Below are positions 1 through 12,059 of a DNA stretch of 64,000 nucleotides, piece by piece. Each line of letters begins with the position of its first letter. Positions within the stretch are counted from its first letter, which is position 1. The notes below the pieces were generated by a model. That model searched no databases and had not been told where the DNA came from. It worked only from the letters and a program-made list of their open reading frames with translations. The DNA lies in contig JBITNC010000001.1 in the NCBI GenBank assembly GCA_050084985.1, positions 4,030,001 to 4,094,000 on the forward strand. Reading direction: 5' to 3'. The position numbers and the translations under genes are program-made. The DNA is from Nageia nagi. Lineage: Eukaryota > Plantae > Pinophyta.

Positions 1-196
1 CACTCTCTCCTTTCAATTTGCTAGGGCATCAAGGTAGGCCGATCCTTTTGAGAGTCTTTGTAGTGAGTCAAGAAAGCCTTCCCTTTTTATTCATTAAGGC
101 ATTGGAGATGCTATTTCACATCAAGGATTAAAATGGTAGGAGCAAGCCTTCGAGATGAAAGGGAAGATGATTGAGCGAGAATAGGTGGGAAGTACC

Positions 197-1656
197 TGTA
201 GATTCCTACAAAATAAATTCTTTATTAAAGCCCCGGTATACCTTAATTTCAACCATGGGTTCATTCTTAGATTCTCTGGAGTTTTTTGGAGCGGATAAAA
301 TAGCTCGGGATCAGAGTAAAGTTTTCCGGAATGAAATGGTGACGTGGCGGAGAATAAGATATTCATCTTTCGGCAAGGACCAAGTTCCGGAAAAGACGAA
401 GTAAGCACAAGTGTCTCCGGAAAACAAAGCATTCCTGATATATGAAGATGACATCACGGAAAAGAAGAAGCTCATAATTGCAAAGGAAACCGGAGTCCGG
501 AGGAGATGACGTCTGCAAGGAGTAACTTCGTATCCGGGGTCTTTGAGTAAAGTATTCCGGAGAAATAAGGTGACGTCAGCAGGTAGCGACTTAGTATCCG
601 GAGCCATAAAGGAAAACATTCCGGAGGAAAGAAAGATGACGTCACAGGCGAAACGACGTTCACATTTTTGAATAAGAACGGAGCCCGGAATGGATGACAT
701 CATCAAGGAGTAATTTAGTGTCCGGAGCCAGTGAATAAAGAAGTCCGGAGATTCAAGGCTGACGTCAGGCGAAGGGGAAAGATTAACATTTGGGATTAAG
801 CCCGCGTCCAGAGGAAAATAGGCCGCAATGAAAGATCGAAGAGTCCGAGTTGGAGAATTGAACATTCCGGGAGAGAAGGAAGTCTGCAAAATACCTGAGC
901 GCCATCATCAGGGAACCGAATCGTCGGCGATCTGCCCAATTTTGTAACAGTCGGCCAAGTGTCATATGTAGGTGATATCAGTTCAAGAAGGCCAGAATCT
1001 TGCGGCCGTTTTGTAAACGTTTCTATTCTGTAATCTTGTAACTGTTATTAATACAGTATAAATATATGAAAATAAAGAGAAACTAGGGTCGGAAGCCTAG
1101 TATTGCCCTTTTCATTTGTTCTCGAAGACCTGTAGCTTCAGTCCGGTACTATGAAACCATCTTGACCTTTCTTGTCTAGCACTCGTAATTGTTATTCTTA
1201 ATTTGGTTACATTGTGGCAGCTTAGCTTGTTTCCTGAGTAATAGTTGCGGGTTGCTAGTATAACTGTGTCTGCTACATGGTAGAGTAGAAGCTGGGGAGC
1301 TATTCAGAGAGTGAGAACTTGTTCTGTGGCTGCGACACTAGATTCAGGCCAAGGTTTCGCACACTGCGAAAGCCCGCGCTGAACTAGTGATCTACCCCTT
1401 TGCTTTCTCTCTCGTTACCCTATCCCTTTACTTCCTCTCTCGTTACCCTATCCTTTTACTTCCTTTCTTGTTACCCTATCCTTTTGCTTGAATCTCTCGC
1501 TCCCTACTCTTTTTATCTCTTTCCTGTTACTTTTTCTTTACCCAATGGATAAGGAACCGGCCTTCTCCGGAGATCAGGCTGCGTCCCACAGTCTGTTCGT
1601 GAACTACTTTGGTTAAGATTGTTCCAGGCGCACATATTACACAATCTCAATCAACA
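197..1656 (+). repeat. 5' LTR of Tat element (1460 bp)
   Basis: TGTAGATTCC...TCAACA; matches 7804-9267 apart from a few substitutions and small indels; TATA-like TATAAATA near 1057; ~29-bp pyrimidine-rich tandem (CTCGTTACCCTATCC) at ~1405-1545. Confidence 0.95.
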
Positions 1657-1667
1657 GTATTTCTTTT

Positions 1668-1713
1668 TGGCACGCCCGGTGGGACCCGAAGAAATTTATT
1701 GGCGACTCTGCTG
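1668..1713 (+). promoter_or_regulatory. Primer binding sites: PBS1 TGGCACGCCCGGTGGGAC (1668-1685) and PBS2-like TGGCGACTCTGCTG (1700-1713), both tRNA-Arg type
   Basis: Both begin with TGG (complement of tRNA CCA) and match the two tRNA-Arg PBS types known from Ogre/Tat elements. Confidence 0.8.
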
Positions 1714-1803
1714 AAGCACCATCCATGGTATGTATTAAAGCAAATTATTTGTGAATATCATAGGTGCTTTGAACCTGTCATTTTCTTTTGCAATCTAGAG
1801 TTT

Positions 1804-4800
1804 ATGTGGACAAGATCTAAAACTAGAGCAGCAAAAGAAGAACCGGAGTTTGGGAAGTTAGATACTCCTAGGAGAAAGACCCTGATCAAGTCCAAGTCTC
1901 TGAATAGTATCGACTCCCTAAAATCCTTTATCAAGCCAGAACCATCCAATCTTCATACTAGAGATACCTTCCCTAAAATGGCTAATCCAGCTCAGAATAT
2001 TTATCCGGAATGGGACAATGGGGTACCCATAGCTCTGGCGGTATTACATGATATCCCAGCAAATGTTTTTAAAACCCTTCCGGAGTTTGATGCAACTTCA
2101 GAAAAAACGGCTTATGAGCACTGTGTGGATGTAGCCGGCCTAGCAAAGATTCACAATATTCAGCATGAAGATATTATGGTGAGATTACTGGCTCAGTCTT
2201 TCAAAGGAAAGGTCCTGGATTGGTACAGGGGCCTTTCTAATGGATCCATCAGTACCTGGGCTCAACTGGCAGAGCCTTTTATCCTGGAGTTTAATGAACT
2301 AGGGGATCCCTTTTCCTTGTTAACCCAGTTTACTTCAATCAAAAGGTTTGAACAAGAGAACATCCCAGATTTCAACATTAGATTCCAGAGAACGTGGACA
2401 AGAGTACCCATGCCAGTCAGGCCTCAGCAGTTTCAAGCTTTGATGTATTATCTGAGAGCCTTTCCTCCGGATCTCTCTCTGCAAATCCAAAATTCCGGAG
2501 TGAATACTTTCCCGGAGGTCTATAGACAAGCAGTATATGCTGAATCCTGTCTTATTGCAGTTGGTAAGTTGCCAAGCCGTATGCCTATGCCCTATTTTCC
2601 AATAACTACCCAACAGCAAATGTGGAGACCTCCGGTAATCAGTTCAGTTCCACCTCTGGCCCATTTTCCTGCTCCTGTTCAACCTTGGTCATCAAACTTG
2701 CCAAATCCTAGAGCTCCTTTGTCTTTACCTGCCCCCCTCAGCCCAATGTGAATCAGGGAGTAGCGTCATCATCAGAAATTCAAGAGCTCAGGGATTTGTG
2801 TAGAAATATGGCGAATCAGATCACCATCCTAAGCAGACAGAGCAATGCAAGGAGATATCCTTACCCGGCAGTGGAAAAGGGCCCACATGTAATGATAGAA
2901 AATTCAGATCAAGGTTCATCCTCCGGGTCAGTTGTTGGTTTGTGTTTGGCTTGCAATGACGCGCATGAACAAACAACATGTCCCGTGCATCAGTACCAAG
3001 AGTATTTGTCGGGAAATGGAGGTATCTCGCCGCCCGGAGTGGCAGACAACATAAATCAAAATGCAAACTTGATGAATTTTGCACCGGCAGATATAGGAGT
3101 TTTTGCGGTGGAAACAAGATCGGGGAAGAGGCCCCTGGTTTCCGGTATTCCGGAAAGAAAAGTTGAATCCCAAAGAGATGCCGGACCAGTGCTTTCTAGG
3201 AGGCAAGATGCAGTCCCGGTTCTAAGGATAAGGTCCTGGAAAAGGAAAAGAATGCCGAAAAATTCCCACTTCCGGAGATCAAACCGACCCCAAAAATCAA
3301 TGACCAAAGTATTCGGAAGCTAAGGTTTCCTTCACTCACTAAGCACCAGAGGAAAGATGATACCCTACAGCTTCGGGAAAGTTTCACCGATAGTCTTAGA
3401 AATAAAATCGGAGAACCTCCGGCTATTCCCGAGTTCGATATTGTGGCCGAGTTAAAGAGGACGCCGGCAAGAGTATCTTTGTTTGAGGCTTTAAAAATTC
3501 CTGGGCAGATTGATTTGCTGAAAGCGTCCCTTATAGCTCAGAACGAAGGAATGGAAAAGGTTCTAAATCTGTTTGAGACATCGAAAATTCCGGGGATGGG
3601 AAAAAATAAACCTCCGGCCTTTTACATGACTCTGGAAATTGAAGGATATGTGCTCCATAATTGTTTGGTTGATTCCGGAGCGGCTACTACTGTTATGCCC
3701 AAAGCAGTGTGTGACGTAATGGGATTGCCTATGACACGAACTACTACTGGAGTATTACAGTTGGATTCCACACCTGTTAAGACAGTGGGAGTTATCAAAG
3801 ATATAGTTCTGAAGATGCACAAGTGCCCCTCTGTGGTTATTACTCAAGAAGTTGTTGTGGTTGAGTTACCCCCTCTGTTCGGGTTATGTTTGTCCAGAGA
3901 GTTTACAGCGAAAATAGGAGGTTACCTAGCAATGGATTATACTCATTATCTGATCCCTTGTGGGAATAAGAGGGTTAGGTTAAACAATGAGGAAATTTCC
4001 GAATTTCACGTAGAGAAAAAGGAGGAAGTGTGTGCAATCTTTGGTGAAATAGAGGAATCAGACGAGTTACTGGAAAGGTTGCAAACCGAAGATCCTTATA
4101 GTATGAGTATGCTTAATACCATCAGCGATATGGAATTTGGAAATTATTGCTTGATGGAACCGGAGTCTTTTGTCCCGGAACTCACTAAGGGAAACTTCCG
4201 GAGAAATGAGATCTGGGAGATGTTTTTTGACGGAGCTAGGTCTAAAAATGGATCTGGAGTGGGAATCATTCTGAAGGAACCAAATGGCAAGGTATATAAA
4301 TTCTCTTTCAGGCTTACCTGGTTATGTTCAAATAATGTAACAGAATATGAAGCACTTTGCCTCGGGCTGGAACAAGCCATTAAAATGAAGATCCGGGTTT
4401 GAAGATCAAAGGAGATTCAGAGCTAATAGTAAAGCAGGTGACAGATAAATGTTCAGCTAAGCATCACTATTTGAAATCATACAGAAATAGAGTTTGGGAT
4501 CTGTTGGAACATTTCGAGGCTTTACATATTCAGTCAATCTCAAGGAGGTTCAATCATGAGGCTGATGCTTTAGCACAGATGGGAGCCAGCTTTGATCCCA
4601 CTGATGATTGGTTCAGGGAAAAAGGGGTTCCAACTCATTTTCAGGCCTTCAATTCCGGATAATGATTCCTTCTGGCAAGTGTTCCGGGATGAGGCTCAGA
4701 TTAATCAATTCCTATTACAACAAGCTGTGTGTCACGCGGTAGGGGAAGAAGATTCTGAAATCTTCCGGGGGCAGGATGTAATTCAACTGAATAATAATAA

Positions 4801-7677
4801 AGTTCCCAAAGATTTGATTCCGTTCGAAGCATTGTTTGACAGATGTGACCAGGTAAAAAGAAGAGGTCTAAGTATAAATCCGGATAACTATAGAGAGTGT
4901 GAGGTTTTCCCGGGCAAGTCATTGAAAATCGGTACCTGTAATACCCCGGAACAAACCCACGAGATTGTGCAATTATGCAAGGCATATGTAGACGTCATTG
5001 CTTGGTCTTACGATGATTTGAAGATTTTCGACAAGTCAGTGATGCAGCATACTATCGAATTGATAGAAAACGCCAAACCAGTCAGACAGAAACAGCGGCC
5101 AGTGAACCCTAAAATCGAAGCAGCTATGAAACAAGAAGTTTTGAAATTGTATAAAGCTGGAATAATTTATCCATTAAACACTCCACTTGGGTGGCGAACC
5201 TCGTACCGGTCCGGAAAGAAAATGGCGAGATAAGGCTGTGTGTGGATTTCCGGGGCCTGAATAAAGTATCCTTGAGAGATCATTATCCTTTGCCACCAAT
5301 GGAACAAATACTCAATACCGTGGCGGGTGCTGAGAAATTCTCTTTGATAGATGGTTTCTCCGGGTACAACCAGGTGTGGGTCCGGAACGAAGACCAATTT
5401 AAAACGGCTTTTACAACCAAATGGGGTACATTCGCTTTCCAGAGAATGCCTTTCGGTTTGTCTAATGCAGGAGCTACTTTCCAAAGAGCTATGGATCATG
5501 CATTTGGAGAGTTGGTGAACAAAAGCGTGGTAGTATATCTTGATGATATTACTGTGTTCTCACACAACAAAAACCTTCACGTCCAACACCTGGAACAGGT
5601 TTTCATCAAATGTAGAAGGTATGGCATATCCTTGAATCCTAAGAAATCAATTTTCGCAGTAGATGAAGGGAAGTTATTGGGTCATGTAATTTCAAAGGAA
5701 GGTTGGGCCATTGATCCAGATAGAATAAAAGCAATTAAGAACTTAGTTCTCCCATCCAATAAGAAGTCTCTACAGTCTTTTCTGGGTCAGATTAATTTTG
5801 TCAGAAGATTTGTTCAGGATTTTTCAGGCATTGTCAAACCTATTACTCAGATGCTAAAGAAGGATACACTGTTTGAGTGGACGGAAGAAGGTAAAAAGGC
5901 TTTTCAGGAAATCAAAGAGGTAATTACTGAAGCCCCGGTACTGAGAAATCCGGATTTTAGTAAGAAGTTTATTCTGTATGCATATGGTTCGGATACTAGT
6001 GTCGCTGCTATTCTGACTCAAAAGTATGAAAAGAATGAGGAATATCCCGTAGCGTTCTTCAGCCAAACTATGATAGTTGCGAAGAGAAATATACCTTTCT
6101 CGAAAAAACAAGTCTTGGCCATTGTGAAAGCTCTTAGTAAGTTGAAACATTATGTTGCTCAAAGCAAGATTTTGATTCTAACTATACATCCGGATGTCAG
6201 GTCTTATATTATGCAGGGTGAGTTGGGAGAAGGGGGGACCCGGTTGGATTTCAAAAATCCTCAAATATGATGTAGAAATCCGGCCTACCAAGCTCATAAA
6301 AGGGAGAGCGCTTTGTGAGCAACTTGCAAAATCAACAATACCAGAGGAGGGAACAGTATGCCATATTGAACAAAAGGTACCAGAGGTCGAACCCGGGGTT
6401 ATAACGAATGATTGGGTAGAGCAGTTAAGCAGATACTTCGAGTCCGGAAAGCTTCCTGACAACATGGATGCGTCCCAGAGAAGGCGGTTCAAAATTCATG
6501 CCCAAAATTATACAGAAATAGATCAGGTACTTTACAGAAGAAATCATGATGGTGTTTTGCTGAGATGTGTACCGGCATCGAAGACAGAAGAACTTATTGA
6601 AGAGTTTCATTCCGGGATATCCGGAGGCCATTATTCCGGATATACAATGGTGGGTAAAATTATCCAAGCCGGATATTATTGGCCTACTATGTTTAAAGAG
6701 GCTTTTGCAAAATCCCAGGGTTGTGAAAAATGTCAAAGGTTCGCGGGGAGAAAGAGAAGTGCAGCATTGCCGTTGGAACCGGTTCAGGCGGAGGAACCCT
6801 TTCAGCAATGGGGGTTGGATTTTATTGGAGTAATCAATCCTAATTCTTCAGCCGGGCATAAATTTATTCTCACAGCTACAGATTTCTTCACCAGATGGGC
6901 AGAGGCGGAAGCCGTGAGAGAAGCAAACCAGAAGACCGTGGTAAAATTCATAGAGAAGCTAATCACCAGGTATGGTATCCCTCAAACAATTGTTTCAGAC
7001 AATGGCTTAGCATTTGTAGGAACAGAAGTCACAAATTTCGCTATGAGATATGGTATTTACTGGAAAACTTCCTCGAATTATTACCCTCAGGGTAATGGTT
7101 TGGCCGAATCTACAAATAAGAACTTGATCCGGATTCTTAAAAGAATAATGGAAGACAACCCACGAACTTGGCATGAGAAACTTAATTGGGCATTGTGGGC
7201 AGATAGAATCACTGTGAAGTCATCCATCAAGACCAGCCCTTATACTCTGGTATACGGTAAGAGGGCCATGTTGCCAAGTCATTTCGAGCTTCCGGCCTTG
7301 AAAATTTTACAAGAGTACGGAGGAGATTTCGAACCCATCAAGTCCGTCTGAATGAACTACTGCATTTGGAAGAACTCCGGAATCAGTCGTATCAGAGTTT
7401 ACAGAACAGAAACGAAGTAGTTAAGAGATGGTTCAATAACCGAAAGGCCACTCCAGAAGATTTCAAGGAAGGAGATTTAGTTTTGAAATGGGATGAAGAC
7501 AGAGCCAAGATTGGAAAACATAAAAAGTTTGATTCCTTATGGTCCGGACCTTACATGATATCTAGATGTGCAGGAAAGAATTCTTTCGAAATATCAAAGT
7601 TAAACGGGTGGCGGCTGCCAATCTTGGTCAATGGGCAGCATTTAAAACACTATGAACCCGCATGCGCGGGAGATTGA
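1804..7677 (+). CDS. gag-pol polyprotein of Tat element, split by several apparent frameshifts
   Basis: Gag (VRLLAQSFKGKVLDWY); protease LVDSGA (~3665); aRH WEMFFDGA...NNVTEYEAL...GDSELIV...NHEADALA (~4214-4580); RT (RLCVDFRGLN, RMPFGLSNAGATFQRAM, YLDD); degenerate RH (LYAYGSD); INT HHCC zinc finger, WGLDFIG, VSDNG, YPQGNGLAE, WSGPY. Confidence 0.9.
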
Positions 7678-7803
7678 CTGAAAGAAAAGACATGATTTTG
7701 TATATATGTAAATAGAAAAGACAGGATTTCAATTTTGAATTTGAGGCTGGATTCTAAATTTCTTTTCGACAAAGGCGAAATTTTCCCTCAGAAGTCGCCA
7801 TAA

Positions 7804-9267
7804 TGTAGATTCCTACAAAATAAATTCTTTATTAAAGCCCCGGTATACCTTAATTTCAACCATGGGTTCATTCTTAGATTCTCTGGAGTTTTTTGGAGCG
7901 GATAAAATAGCTCGGGATCAGAGTAAAGTTTTCCGGAATGAAATGGTGACGTGGCGGAGAATAAGATATTCATCTTTCGGCAAGGACCAAGTTCCGGAAA
8001 AGACGAAGTAAGCACAAGTGTCTCCGGAAAACAAAGCATTCCTGATATATGAAGATGACATCACGGAAAAGAAGAAGCTCATAATTGCAAAGGAAACCGG
8101 AGTCCGGAGGAGATGACGTCTGCAAGGAGTAACTTCGTATCCGGGGTCTTTGAGTAAAGTATTCCGGAGAAATAAGAAGGTGACGTCAGCAGGTAGCGAC
8201 TTAGTATCCGGAGCCATAAAGGAAAACATTCCGGAGGAAAGAAAGATGATGTCACAGGCGAAACGACGTTCACATTTTTGAATAAGAACCGGAGCCGGAA
8301 TGGATGACATCATCAAGGAGTAATTTAGTGTCCGGAGCCAGTGAATAAAGAAGTCCGGAGTTTCAAGGCTGACGTCAGGCGAAGGGGAAAGATTAACATT
8401 TGGGATTAAGACCGCGTCCAGAGGAAAATAGGCCGCAATGAAAGATCGAAGAGTCCGAGTTGGAGAATTGAACATTCCGGGAGAGAAGGAAGTCTGCAAA
8501 ATACCTGAGCGCCATCATCAGGGAACCGAATCGTCGGCGATCTGCCCAATTTTGTAACAGTCGGCCAAGTGTCATATGTAGGTGATATCAGTTCAAGAAG
8601 GCCAGAATCTTGCGGCCGTTTTGTAAACGTTTCTATTCTGTAATCTTGTAACTGTTATTAATACAGTATAAATATATGAAAATAAAGAGAAACTAGGGTC
8701 GGAAGCCTAGTATTGCCCTTTTCATTTGTTCTCGAAGACCTGTAGCTTCAGTCCTGGTACTATGAAACCATCTTGACCTTTCTTGTCTAGCACTCGTAAT
8801 TGTTATTCTTAATTTGGTTACATTGTGGCAGCTTAGCTTGTTTCCTGAGTAATAGTTGCGGGTTGCTAGTATAACTGTGTCTGCTACATGGTAGAGTAGA
8901 AGCTGGGGAGCTATTCAGAGAGTGAGAACTTGTTCTGTGGCTGCGACACTAGATTCAGGCCAAGGTTTCGCACACTGCGAAAGCCCGCGCTGAACTAGTG
9001 ATCTACCCCTTTGCTTTCTCTCTCGTTACCCTATCCCTTTACTTCCTCTCTCGTTACCCTATCCTTTTACTTCCTTTCTTGTTACCCTATCCTTTTGCTT
9101 GAATCTCTCGCTCCCTACTCTTTTTATCTCTTTCCTGTTACTTTTTCTTTACCCAATGGATAAGGAACCGGCCTTCTCCGGAGATCAGGCTGCGTCCCAC
9201 AGTCTGTTCATGAACTACTTTGGTTAAGATTGTTCCAGGCGCACATATTACACAATCTCAATCAACA
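7804..9267 (+). repeat. 3' LTR of Tat element (1464 bp)
   Basis: Direct repeat of 197-1656, followed by TSD GTACC. Confidence 0.95.
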
Positions 9268-9272
9268 GTACC

Positions 9273-10766
9273 AAAGGCACTTCATCAAAAAAGAAGTTCA
9301 ATATTGACTTGGCAGCTTCAATTAGAGCATTACATGAAGACCCCAACTAGAGCAAATTCATCTTCAAGATTAATAATACATTGTTAGTCACCAAAGTCTT
9401 CTTGAACAAGGATCTAGAGAAATCTCAAGTGGAGGCTCATACCCAAAGATGGAGATTGGCAATATCGAGACCATAGGGACGGAACGGATCAAAGAGCTAA
9501 GAAGGATTACAGAAAAGCTAGAGGAGACCCAGGAGGAGCATAACCCTAAAGAAGATAACATGCTCCAAGGCCATACCATCCCCATGATAGGGTGACCATT
9601 CAAGGACGAGAAGGGACCATCTATCGAGAAGCATCAGATGAGCTCTAGTTGGATGGAGGAGTTGCATTTGGGATGCAACATTTTCAATTTATTTTATTTT
9701 GCATAATTACATTTTAATTTGGACATCAAAACATTATTCATTTTGAAATAGCCTCGTGATGGATGAAGATTTGCTACCACAAGTGTTGGATCTAATCTTT
9801 TATTGCCATGTGGCATGTTTTTATTGGACCATTGTTAATTAGAGTTAATTTAGATGAATTTCATTTAAATTTGCATTAGGGTTAGGGTTTTCTTCCAAAA
9901 ACTATAAATACCCCTAGAGGGTTCATTTTGAAAGGAGGATGATCATTTGCCCAAGAGCGGAAAGTATTGCAATTTTGTTTTAGAATTTGGCGACTCTTGT
10001 AAGTGAATGTTGTGCATGATTTAATGAAATTAGGACTTGTTTCACTTAATGGGATTGTAGGCTCGAGTAATTTTACTTGGTGTTTGCTTATGATTAGTGT
10101 ATGACTTGTGTGCATTTCTCGCAAGCGTATGCTTTTTAGAAGGCTGAATGATTATCTTATGAAGTTGTATGACTACCATTTGATGAACATCGTCTACTCT
10201 TTCACATGTAATGGGTGTATGCTGATGAATTCCTTTCTATGTCATTTGGCTTGAGAGGTTGCTCACACTATTGTCATTGACAACATTGCTATAGGCTCCT
10301 TCTACACACAATTTGGACTTAGTCATCTGTGGTAGGATTGGATACGTGGGTATACGTTTCATAATTAACCCGGGAAGGAAATGACTTAGCCACTACCCCA
10401 TGGGTGAACTTGCTCTTGAACGAACTCTTATTGCGTGCCATCATCCCCATTTTACTCTTTCTTCTTCCTTTACCTTGTTATTTATTTATTTATTTTTTAT
10501 GATCAAAAGTCTATCCTTCTAGTCGGTGCAAGACAGCTCCAGTTTCCACAGTATAACGTGGTTAATAGTTGTTGTCTCTCCTTCCACTGAGCATTCCAAG
10601 TATAGCTACTATCACCCTCGTAGAAGATGTCTCACAATACTAGGAACCTTGGGGTAACCATTCCTTATAAGCGGATGTTAGTAACACAACCTCAATCACA
10701 TGTTGGATGCCCTTTCTTGTTATCACCTAGGTGGTCTTCATAAGGGGAAGGAAAAACATCCTAACA
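9273..10766 (+). mobile_element. 3' part of an old giant LTR related to 17785-23548; continues in 1-196 and was interrupted by the Tat element
   Basis: TTAGGGTTAGGG...CTATAAATACCCC...TCATTT (9876-9930), CTTGGGGTAACCATTCC and a terminal hairpin ending CCTAACA (10766) all match the minus-strand element; a degenerate reading frame at ~9335-9470 resembles the C-terminus of that element's ORF. Confidence 0.6.
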
Positions 10767-11299
10767 GATCCAATAGTTTCTCAATTTTGTAGTTTCTAAA
10801 TTTGCTTGTACCCTAGGAGTGGGCAAAGTTGGACCTTGAACATTTGACTACCATGATTATTTTGATTGTGTTGCAAGAAAAGTTGGTGTTCTTCTTCCAT
10901 ATCAGTAGCTTTGAAAAATTCTTCAAACAAAATTGGATGAGATGAAGCCATGAAGCCCTAAGTTTAAATCTAAGGTTTGACAACGTGTTGGATCAGATAG
11001 TATCTTTTTGAATTTAGATGATTTTTTACAAGGCTATTTTTTAAAATGCCAAGTTCACTAAGAGAAACTAGGGTTTGGGCAAGGTTTGATGGTGGTTAGG
11101 GTTTATTGGATCGAAGAAAAATATTGAAAAATCTAGGGTTTTGGCCTAAAACATTTTTAGTAGTTGTGTTCACCAAAAACCTAGGGTGTTTGGCAAAAAA
11201 GAATACAACTAGTTGGCTTCACAAATTTGTAGACAAAAAAATAATGAGCAATGTAGTAAAACATGCACACTTATTTGCTTACAAAATGAAAATAGCACA

Positions 11300-12059
11300 A
11301 TGTTGTATATGATCTAACAATGGGGATTATGCAAATTCACAATTTCACAAGAGGAGATATATAGAAGAATTATTTGGAGGGTGGAGGATTGAAGGTTTGC
11401 TAACATATAACTTATAATCTTGGAGGGCAAACCCTAGTTGCAACCATATGACAGATCTAGATAATTTTGGAAATAATTTTGAAGATCATAATTTTAGTGA
11501 TGATTTGCTTCAGATGATGCTAGACCATATGCAACATTTCGGAATAACCAAGTTCAACCTGAGGGTTGTTGAGATTCATAACAAAATGTTCACATTACTG
11601 GCTTGTGATGCTAGAGTGCTAGGTATTTTGGGCCCTGGAGCCACTAGACGTTTTAGGATTGGATGCTAGAACACTAGGTGTTTTGAGATTGGCTCTTTTT
11701 TTTTTAATATGCATTTCAAGTATTCAGCGTTTTTGATGCTTTTAATGATTCAGCTGCAATAACAGAAGATGATATTGTGTTATTCTTACTTTTTCTTGCT
11801 GATCTTTATCATGATAATTCCTAACATCTTCTATGATGAAATGAACACTTGGGCCTGCTTTATATAGGTTTGCAAATTTGTTTTGAGTTCACCTAGACAG
11901 ACGAACTTAGAATATTGTGCATAGAAGATATGCTAGTTACAGAAATTCACTTAAGCTTGATTTACCCAAAGTGAATCCAATTTGAAATTTTGCATTAATA
12001 AAGTAAATCACTTAAATAATATCATTTTTAGATAATTAATGCAATTTTAAGTGTCTTCA
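11300..12059 (-). repeat. Degenerate LTR fragment (TG.AGACAC-starting family), homologous to ~44870-45750
   Basis: Shared blocks TATTTGGAGGGTG...GGCAAACC.TAGTTGCAA and TAAATCACT.AAATAA...ATGCAATTTTA.GTGTCT.CA; left boundary approximate. Confidence 0.55.

Larger units (their letters stand above)
197..9267 (+). mobile_element. Full-length, very young Ty3/gypsy LTR retrotransposon, Tat group with PR-aRH-RT-RH-INT order (TatII-like)
   Basis: Near-identical TG...CA LTRs at 197-1656 and 7804-9267; perfect 5-bp TSD GTACC (192-196, 9268-9272); tRNA-Arg PBS; gag, protease, aRH, RT, RH and INT motifs in order. Confidence 0.95.

Noticed and set aside
311-889. 192/193-aa antisense ORF present in both Tat LTRs
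   Set aside because: The LTRs are almost identical, so sharing it is uninformative; it overlies a degenerate repeat and has no recognisable domain
9382-10766. 1.4-kb solo LTR bounded by TGTTAG...CTAACA
   Set aside because: No TSD (TACAT vs GATCC); the TGTTAG lies inside a degenerate reading frame belonging to a larger LTR
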